Shown here: one piece after another, positions 53,402 through 64,000 of the stretch | Layout of the letters: the number at the start of each line of letters is the position of its first letter | Numbering within the stretch: the first letter of the stretch is position 1 | From: Octopus vulgaris | Taxonomy: Eukaryota | Direction of reading: 5' to 3' | Assembly (NCBI GenBank): GCA_951406725.2 | Contig: OX597814.1 | Location: 196,540,001-196,604,000, forward strand | Length of the DNA stretch: 64,000 nt | The notes under the pieces: generated by a model | The model's input: only the letters and a program-made list of their open reading frames with translations | What the model was told of the DNA's origin: nothing | Database searches by the model: none | Program-made: the position numbers and the translations under genes

Positions 53402-53640
53402 ATTATTACCTCCGCCTTAGCGAAGGCGGAGGTATTGTTTTCAGTCGTGTTTGTTTGTTTGTCCGCAGAATGGATTCGGATGAAACTGTCAGGGATGCTT
53501 GGCCTCGTGACTGGCACGAACTGATTAGATTTTGGGATCGATCCGGTACTGGACAAGGATTCAAGATTACTTCTCCTGTTTTTTTCACTTAAGTTTTGAG
53601 AGAATTCGGTTCATTTATTGTATTCTCGTTTATTTATAGA
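53402..53640 (+). mobile_element. Helentron-associated (DINE/HINE-like) element fragment
   Basis: 12-bp perfect hairpin TACCTCCGCCTT-agcg-AAGGCGGAGGTA followed by (GTTT)n, the typical HINE/DINE layout. Confidence 0.6.
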
Positions 53641-53972
53641 ACTGATGAATTATCGCAATCGAAAACAAACCATAAGAATATTACCCTGTAACAATTAGTT
53701 GCTCGATTTAAACCCTCAGTTCGTATCCTAAGACATAAAACACATACTGTTGAAATATGAGGTCTGACTGAAAGGTTCATAGTTCTGAGTGTTACATATC
53801 AATAGTGTGCTAGATTGTTAGTGAGTATGTGGTAAGTAGCTTGCTTCCAAACCATTTGGTGCCGGATTCAGTCCCACAGCGTGGGACTTTGGGCAAGTAT
53901 CTTCTACTATAGCCTCGTGTCGACCAAAACCTTGTGAGTGGGTTTGGTAGACGGAAACTGAAAGACGCTCGT

Positions 53973-54010
<38 letters not shown>

Positions 54011-54019
54011 CACACACAT

Positions 54020-54070
<51 letters not shown>

Positions 54071-54789
54071 ACATATGAGAGAGATTATCACTATGTGAAC
54101 AACCCTTATGCTAGAAGTAGATCCGCTATGGTCTTACCACTAAGGAATATTCTCAAGAACGAAAGCGAGTAAGACAATTGAAAAGTAACAAAAATATTGA
54201 TTAAACATAAATATGTTTCACTATCAGCTGTTACGTAATTTTACTTATGCAATTTGTTCGCAGATCTTCAGTATAGTCATTACAAATATAAATTGCAGAA
54301 CTATACACGAGATGTCTGCATGAGGTTGGACATGTATATAGTTCTACCAATTACACTTGTGGTTATTTTTCAAAAGTGCTCGTTTTGGCGCGATAGAATA
54401 ATGGAAATAGCACTGCAGAAAATAATACACTGCAGTGGTTTTGCCGGTTAGAGAACGTATTAATTTAAATTTAAATTTAAAATGAGGGTGTGAAATTGGA
54501 TATTAATTTGATTAATATCAATTTAAACCCAGTGGTCTAGCATATTCAAATCTGATGGTTCAGAAAATTGTATTACATACATATGAGAGGGTTGTCCCCA
54601 TAGTGGTCATAGTGGTCATCCCTCTCTGGCTTCAAAACCATTTTGGCGCATCCTGAATATGTCACAAATATATATCTTTTAATTAAACATTTATGTATCA
54701 CATGTCAACTTTTAATAGCGTATTTGGATCAGCTGGAAAAAGTGAGTTAAATATCTCTCAAATCACTCAAATCACAAATAACAAGTTGT

Positions 54790-55826
54790 GTTCTACAATG
54801 CACTGTCTTAGTGCCTCTGATATTTGTGGCCCTCTCAGGCATGTCCTCAGCTGCTGAGATAGCCACACTTGCTAGGTATGCAGATGACACAAATGTCTCT
54901 CAGACAATACAAAATCCTGGAAATATTACACATCTGCAATGGACATTGGACGCAATATACGGGTGGGCTGAAGACAACAACATGTAGTTTAATGTAGGAA
55001 AATTCCAATTCTGCGCTACTAGCACACGAAGTTGAATGACATGCAGACAGGATACACTGGCCCAGGAGGAATTGCAATCCCTGAATCAAAATCAGTGCAT
55101 GACCTGGGTAGTTACAAAGCACTGATGCATCTTTTGAAATGCATATTACCAATTTGGTAATAAAATGCTGACGGCTAGCTGGATGAATCCTCCAATCTTT
55201 CAAAACAAGGAAAAAGAGATAATGATAATCCTTTGGAGAGCGTACGTCCTCAGCCGTATGGTCACCACACAATATACAATTAACGGCAGACCTCGAATAA
55301 ATCCAGCGAAGCTACACAAAAAAATCGTCTAAATGCAACATAACAGTTACTGGGAAAGACTGCAAGAATTAAAACTCTTGTCTTTAGGACGAAGGTGGGA
55401 AAGGTATGCAGTGATATCTTGAAAATACTAGAAGGCTTTGTACCAAACTTTTGCATTGAAAGTTACACAAAAAAGCAGAACGAGGTGTCACTGCATAGTG
55501 CCAAAGATGCCAACTTCTCCATCAAAATACAGGACCAGATACTGCAATAGACTGGGTTTCAAGGGCCCACAGATCTTCAAAACCCTTCCAAAAAGCCTGA
55601 GTAACCTGCATGGTGTGTCTTCAAAATAAAACTGGATCTCCTCCTATTAAGGATTCCAAATAAGCATACCTCGCGGCAAGAAAGGGCAGATGAGGGCAGC
55701 AGCATCAAACTCCCCCATTCACAAAATACCACATATCAGGGGAGGTTTCAAATAATGGTGTGGCAAAGTCAACGGTAGTGCCCCAGCATGACCGCAGCTT
55801 TGAAGTTGAAAACAATTGAACGAATT
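54790..55826 (+). pseudogene. CR1-type LINE 3' fragment (decayed reverse transcriptase + 3' UTR)
   Basis: QCTVLVPLIF (PQG.LGP-like), YADDT at about 54877, LQWTLDAIYGWAEDNNM*FNVGK, YWERLQELKLLSLGRRWERY. Many stops and frameshifts. Confidence 0.88.
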
Positions 55827-55943
55827 ATATATATACATATATACAGCGGGTTGGCGTCATTCGAAGGCTAAAACAATGCGAACGCATTGTGACCAGCGAT
55901 GTGTAACTACATCTGATGGACTGGTCAGTCACGTGATCACGTG

Positions 55944-55996
<53 letters not shown>

Positions 55997-56375
55997 GTGT
56001 GTGAGTGTGTTTATGTATTATATGTACGTATGTGTGTAAGTGTGTATACAGGGAGAGAGAGAAACTAAAGAGAAATACAGAAAGATTTAGCATAAGTGGA
56101 GAGTAAGTGCATATACTAGGCATGGTGGTGGGAGGAAGAGTGGGAGTAAGTGAAAGTGACATAGGAGGAGTAGACAAATATAAAAATTGTAGCACTTAAT
56201 TTTATTTTAAGGCAATAAATATTTTTCTTTCGAAAATTAATATTCATTTCATCATTTTATAGAAGCTGCGAGAAAACTGATAATAGCTATATATGTAATT
56301 ATTGAACCTATGCAATATTTTCATATATTTCCCATGTTGGCAAAAGTATACTTCGAAATTTACCCGCTATATGAT

Positions 56376-56456
<81 letters not shown>

Positions 56457-56478
56457 CAGATAGATAGATAGATGGATG

Positions 56479-56509
<31 letters not shown>

Positions 56510-56553
56510 TGACAGACAGACAGACAGACAGAAACAGACAGACAGATGGATAG

Positions 56554-56602
<49 letters not shown>

Positions 56603-56639
56603 TGGTTGCATACACACAAACACACACACACACATAAAT

Positions 56640-57790
<1,151 letters not shown>

Positions 57791-57808
57791 ATAACACACA
57801 CACACACC

Positions 57809-57851
<43 letters not shown>

Positions 57852-58148
57852 CAGTGTGTGTGTGTTTGTCTCCAACTAGCACTTGGCAGCCATTGTCGGT
57901 TTGTTTACATCTACATCACCGTGATATAGAGGTTCGACAAAACATATCGATAGAAAGATAAAGGCAAGTATGATTTATTCAATTAAACTCTTCAACACGG
58001 CGTCCCACCACGGCCACAATCCAATAATTGAAAAATGTAGAAGACAAGATGTATAAATACATAATAAATACACACACACATGTATATGTATATACATACG
58101 TACGTACATGCATACATACATACATACATACATACATACATACATACA

Positions 58149-58180
<32 letters not shown>

Positions 58181-58334
58181 CACACACACACACACATATA
58201 TATATATATGTGTATGTATATAAATATATATAAATATATATATAGGGAAAGTTTACGAAAAGAACAAAAGACGAAGACATGTGGAGTACAAATCAAACAG
58301 ATGTATTAGTATAACGCTCGGGAATAGAAAAAGT

Positions 58335-58370
58335 TTTTTACGTTTCGAGCCTACGCTCTTCTACAGAAAG
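58335..58370 (-). ncRNA. Minimal hammerhead-like motif (A6>U) in a repeat also seen in part at 9420-9490
   Basis: Minus strand: TTT CTGTAGA A GAGC-gtag-GCTC GAAAC GTA AAA. Confidence 0.5.
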
Positions 58371-58714
58371 GTACACAGAAAAAAACAAGGAGAGAAAAAA
58401 TGGAGAGAAAAAACTGAGAGAAAAAATGTGTGTAGTGGCTAACGATCTATCATGGTGACATATATATATAGTATATAATATTATGATATATATAATATAT
58501 ATCTGAAACGCTGTTATGCTATTTACACTGGATTGGATAACTATCCAAGCTATGCAGTCTTATTTTGCTAGTTCAGCCATATCTCAATCGCGAAGTAGCC
58601 ATTTGTGTATCCTCACCTACTTACTTTCATTTCCTGTTTCCTCCCTTTCAGTTATCATTCTTACATAGCAAAGAAAAAAAAATCTCGCTAAAATAATTGC
58701 CTGTGTTATATGTG

Positions 58715-58750
<36 letters not shown>

Positions 58751-58858
58751 CGGGCGCGCGTGTCTGTGTGTGTGTGTCTGTCTGTGTGTGTGTGTGTATG
58801 TGTGTATATATATATGTCTATGTGTGTGTCTGCGTGTGTATGTATGTATATATATGCC

Positions 58859-58889
<31 letters not shown>

Positions 58890-58904
58890 ATGCATGTATG
58901 TATG

Positions 58905-58936
<32 letters not shown>

Positions 58937-59456
58937 TGTATGTATGTATTGGTCAGTTGTTCTATAGAAATAGAAAGGTGATATTCTGTAAAAATTTATC
59001 TTCACATCATACTTAGCCATTAAACAAGCCGTTTGTAGAGATTTCATACATTTGTTCAGACTAATGGGAACAAAAGCTAAACCCAACAGAACCCAGACAC
59101 AATATTTTATATTTAAAGAATGAAGGATATATTGAACAGTATAATTCAGAACGGGAGATGTTTGAAAGAAATTTAGGACGCTAAGCATGTATCGCACACC
59201 ATATTTGAAGAATCCTTTAACGAAAAACTGCTTGGAGCTAAACAGCAATTTCACCAAAGGGAAAATACGAGCTCAGAACACTTCTGCCCGAAGTGTATCT
59301 TCCATTTATGGAATCTGTCGGAATAATACAGAATGGCGAATTAATACTAAAGGATTGTTGTTTTTCGCTAATCAAAACCGATGTGGTTATTGGGTTATAA
59401 TTTACTCTTCAAATGAATAAAATACATACATACTCCCAAATACAGATACAGATGTA

Positions 59457-59518
<62 letters not shown>

Positions 59519-59586
59519 TATACATACATACATACACATACACACTCACACATAGATGCACACATAATGTGAATGTATGTATGAAC

Positions 59587-59621
<35 letters not shown>

Positions 59622-59770
59622 CACACAAATAAATATGTTTATCCATGAATTTATATGTGTGTGTGTGTGTCTGTTTGTATATACACATACATATACATAT
59701 ATATGTATATCCAAGGATTTGTATATAGTGACGGAGAAATAGAGAGATGAGATACACAGAGATATAGTAA

Positions 59771-59919
<149 letters not shown>

Positions 59920-60473
59920 CACACTCACGCACACAAACACACACAAACACGCAGTGAGAAAGAGAATGAAAACGAAAAACATATTAAGCGATAAACATAA
60001 ATATTTTGACAGAGTGATAGCTACATATAACGTTTATTAAGTCTATCTTCTATACGTTTGTGTTTATGCCCAAATAAGTCAAACGTGTTGTCGATGACAT
60101 GTTCAAAACTGTAATTTACACATAAATCATCGCTTAAATTCTAGAGCAGTGAGAGGCAGCTTCAAAAATCAAAACAAATCTTATGTTACAGAATTACATA
60201 TTTTTCTACGTAAAATTATTGACTCCAAGTGACAAGTTATCAATTTAGAAGGAGCTAATTATGGGCTTGAAATAAATATGTGCAATAAAGAATAGCTTTA
60301 TTGAAAAATATGAAGTGAAAAAACAAAATGTATAAATCTCATATTAAAATATTTCAGTGACAGAGAAGGTGAGAGAAAGAGTTAGTGAGTAAGAGGGAGG
60401 AGTCATATATACACATAGACAAACAGTCACGTGCAATACATACATGCATATGCGTTTGTGTATGCGTATTTAG

Positions 60474-60523
<50 letters not shown>

Positions 60524-60527
60524 GCGG

Positions 60528-60571
<44 letters not shown>

Positions 60572-60574
60572 CAG

Positions 60575-60609
<35 letters not shown>

Positions 60610-60842
60610 GACATATATGTTAATAAATAAATAAATATGTATATTTCTTTATACATAATATATACATGTATATGTACACACATACATATATGTATATGTA
60701 CACATAAATGTATATATAAATATATATATATGTATATATATATATGTATATATATCCCTGCTTCCATTTCCTGAGCGCCTATTAATAATAATACTGTAAT
60801 TGTTCCCTTGTTGTTGTTTTTTTGTTTCCCGTTTGGATTAAA

Positions 60843-60881
<39 letters not shown>

Positions 60882-62075
60882 TGCATGTGTATGTCGGTGT
60901 GTGTGTATGCGCGTGTGCTTGGGTGTATGCGTGTGTGCTTGTGTGTATGCGTGTGTATGTATACCTATGGATGAGCATTTGGAAATACGTGCAACGAAAA
61001 AAAGCAAAGAAGTCGTACATGGAGAAACAGAGTGAGAATGCGAGAGAAAAGTCCAGAGTAACAGAGGGAGAGAGGGAGAGAGAGGGAAACAGAAAGAGAG
61101 GGAAGAGAGATAAAGAGATAGAGAGGTAGAGATAGACATACACAGAGAGAGAAGTCGACAGTTCTATGTACGTTGGTGAAGTGTTTAAAGATTTTATATA
61201 TACCCGTTTATGGACACGCTGTTTTCAATAAAACATATTTTACAAATAGCAATCCACTCTGGAAATCTGATGTATAATTGTAACAGTTTCAAACAGAAGT
61301 GTTATGTATATATTAACTTTGTGTGTGAATGGAAGCACTCACAGAATCATCGTTTGCTTTCTCTGTATTTGATCATGCGTATATTTGCACGTGTGCAGGT
61401 TATATACGAGAGAAAGATATATATATATATATATATATCTTCTTATAATTTCTTTATAAATGAAAAAAAAAAATTGAGAAGATTTGCTAAAACGCTTTTG
61501 TGTCAGCGTGTGTTGACATGTGTAATCTTCTAAGATGTTATTCAACCTGTTATGTACATTTTGTTTCGTTTGAAGGAGAGGATAAATTTCTGTGATTGAA
61601 TTTTTAATACACGTGCGTGTACACATACACATGTACAGGCAAACACTCACTTTCAATCATACACACATACACACAAATACAAACGTACACACTGATACAC
61701 CTATACAGACTCAAAAAAACATTCAAATGATCTGAGTTTGCAAATAAATTGTACAGAGAGAGAAAAATATGAGCATACCTTTACATCCATCCATCTATAT
61801 ATCCATATATCCAGTCATATATATATTGCTAAACCTCGCTAAGATAAATATTTCAATTACCTGAATATTGACTGTAACCATAACTCGAATTATTACGAAT
61901 TGGACAGCCAAGAAACGATCGTAGTGTTTTACTCATTATCTTTTATTAAACTTTTAATACTTTTGATATATATTTAAATAATATAAATTAATTAATTTTA
62001 TGCATTGGCTTAAGTTTTTCATTGTTTGATTTGCCTAATAGTGGTTTTATCTCTGATTTAATATAATATAATATT

Positions 62076-62137
<62 letters not shown>

Positions 62138-62295
62138 GTATGTATTTATAAAACATACAAAATGGTACAAGAACGCAAAACATCCGGACAGTTAGGTGAT
62201 ACAAAAATGGGACAACAAAACACCCAGAGAGACGATACAAAGAAAACATGGACGGCTCATTCGGAGTTTTCTTTCCTCAGTCGAGAACCAGATTA

Positions 62296-62480
62296 CATAC
62301 AGTGAAAGATGCGTTGCTTTGGAGAGTTTAACACTTCTTTCTTGCAAGCAGGTGCTTATTGTAACCTGACTTTTAATGATGCTTCTCTTTGCTGGCCATT
62401 TTATTATTTTTTAAAAGATAGTGATAACTTAGTTTGAATTTTGAATATATGTACATACGCGCACACACGCACAAACGCAC

Positions 62481-62523
<43 letters not shown>

Positions 62524-62570
62524 AGTAGTTGAATGAATATATAATATATATATATATGAATGAATATATA

Positions 62571-62641
<71 letters not shown>

Positions 62642-63410
62642 CATATACACACAAATATATATATATATACATATGTGTAAGGATGTGTGGGTGTATACAT
62701 ATTCTTTTATTCTTTTGTTTCAGTCATTTGACTGCAGCCATGCTGGAGCACCGCCTTTAGTCGAGCAAATCGACCCCAGGACTTATTCTGTGTAAGCCTA
62801 GTACTTATTCTTTTGGTCTCTCTTGTCGAACCACTAAGTGACGGGGACGTGAACACACGAGCATCGGTTGTCAAGGGATGTTGAGGGGACAAACACAGAC
62901 ACACAATCATATACATACACATATATATATATATGTATGTATACGACGGGCTTCTTCCAGTTTCCGTCTACCAGATCTACGCACAAGGCTTTGGTCGGCC
63001 CGAGGCTATAGTAGAAGACACTTGCCCAGGGTGTCACACAGTGGGACTTAACCCGGAACCATGTGGTTGGTAAGCAAGCTACCTTCAACACAGCCACTCC
63101 TGCGCCTATATATATATATATATATGTATACGACGGGCTTCTTCCAGTTTCCGTCTACCAGATCTACGCACAAGGCTTTGGTCGGCCCGAGGCTATAGTA
63201 GAAGACACTTGCCCAGGGTGTCACACAGTGGGACTTAACCCGGAACCATGTGGTTGGTAAGCAAGCTACCTTCAACACAGCCACTCCTGCGCTTCTAATA
63301 TTCAAAATTCAAAATAAGTTATCATTATCTTTAAAAAAAAATAATGATATGCACCTGCTTGCTAGAAAGAGGAGTTAAACTCTCCAACGCCACGCATCTC
63401 TCACTGAATG
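62296..63410. repeat. Inverted repeat pair (62296-62448 / 63298-63410) around SINE A copies
   Basis: CAGTGAAAGATGCGTTGCTTTGGAGAGTTTAAC...GAATTTTGAATAT matched in reverse complement. A third partial copy lies at 63481-63533. Confidence 0.8.
62700..63293 (-). mobile_element. SINE family A with tandem duplication of its 5' half
   Basis: 62941-63105 and 63127-63292 share private variants (CAGATCTACGCA, GGGTGTCACACA, ACCTTCAACAC). Confidence 0.92.
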
Positions 63411-63547
63411 TAAACACGCATGTAGGTGCATATTGTTCCACGACTTGCAATAGTATCTATTTTGCTTGTTTTTTGTTATGTTTGCTGGCCACTTCGTCAT
63501 TTTGGGGTTTTTTTTAAAAGATAATGGTAAATTATATATACTTGCTT

Positions 63548-63893
63548 GTTACTTTTCCTTGTTTCAGTCATTTGACTGCGGCCATGCTGGAGCACCACCT
63601 TTTAGTACTTATTCTATCGGTCTCTTTTTGCCGAACCGCTAAGTGACGGGGACATAAACACACCAGCATCGGTTGTCAAGCAATGCTAGGGGGACAAACA
63701 CAGACACACAAACACACAAATACATATATACGACAGGCTTCTTTCAGTTTCCGTCTACCAAATCCACTCACAAGGCATTGGTCGGCCCGGGGCTATAGCA
63801 GAAGACACTTGCCCAAGATGCCACGCAGTGGGACTGAACCCGCAACCGTGTGATTGGTTAGCAAGCTACTTACCACACAGCCACTCCTGCGCC
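63548..63893 (-). mobile_element. SINE family A, young, with internal deletion
   Basis: 15-bp TSD TATATATACTTGCTT at 63533-63547 and 63894-63908. Confidence 0.9.
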
Positions 63894-64000
63894 TATATAT
63901 ACTTGCTTTTTACTTTTCGTTTTTGCCATTAGCGCAGAAAATGAAAATAAATGATACAGCATCGGTTGTCAAGCAATGCGGAAGGGGACAAACACATTGT

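Noticed and set aside
60354-61139. 261-aa ORF, the longest in the track
   Set aside because: Made of (TA)n, (CA)n and (CT)n repeats.
62250-62290. Minus-strand CTGAGGA...CCGAATGA hammerhead candidate
   Set aside because: GAAA is replaced by GAAT and the stems are unconvincing.

Overview
AT-rich, microsatellite-dense eukaryotic non-coding DNA. The repeat families look like those of octopus or another coleoid cephalopod (inferred from recall, not searched). No intact host gene is supported, and nearly all listed ORFs are translations of (TA)n, (CA)n, (TATG)n or (AAT)n tracts. The window is a mosaic of: tRNA-headed SINE families (labelled here A, B1/B2, C, D, E); two decayed Penelope-like elements (PLEs); a CR1-type LINE 3' fragment; mariner and DD37D/maT transposase relics; Helitron/Helentron-like and foldback elements; and about 10 minimal type-I hammerhead-ribozyme-like motifs. 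Main observations: (1) SINE B1 repeatedly sits inside related SINE copies at two fixed sites in the tRNA-derived head, forming nested arrays. (2) There are many hammerhead-like motifs, including a U3-A8 compensatory variant just after a PLE ORF and a unit made of a tRNA head, an (AAT)n tract and a hammerhead. (3) SINE A shares a covarying 3' stem-loop with the CR1-type LINE in the same window. (4) TSD-flanked chimeric SINEs show exchange of head and tail modules.
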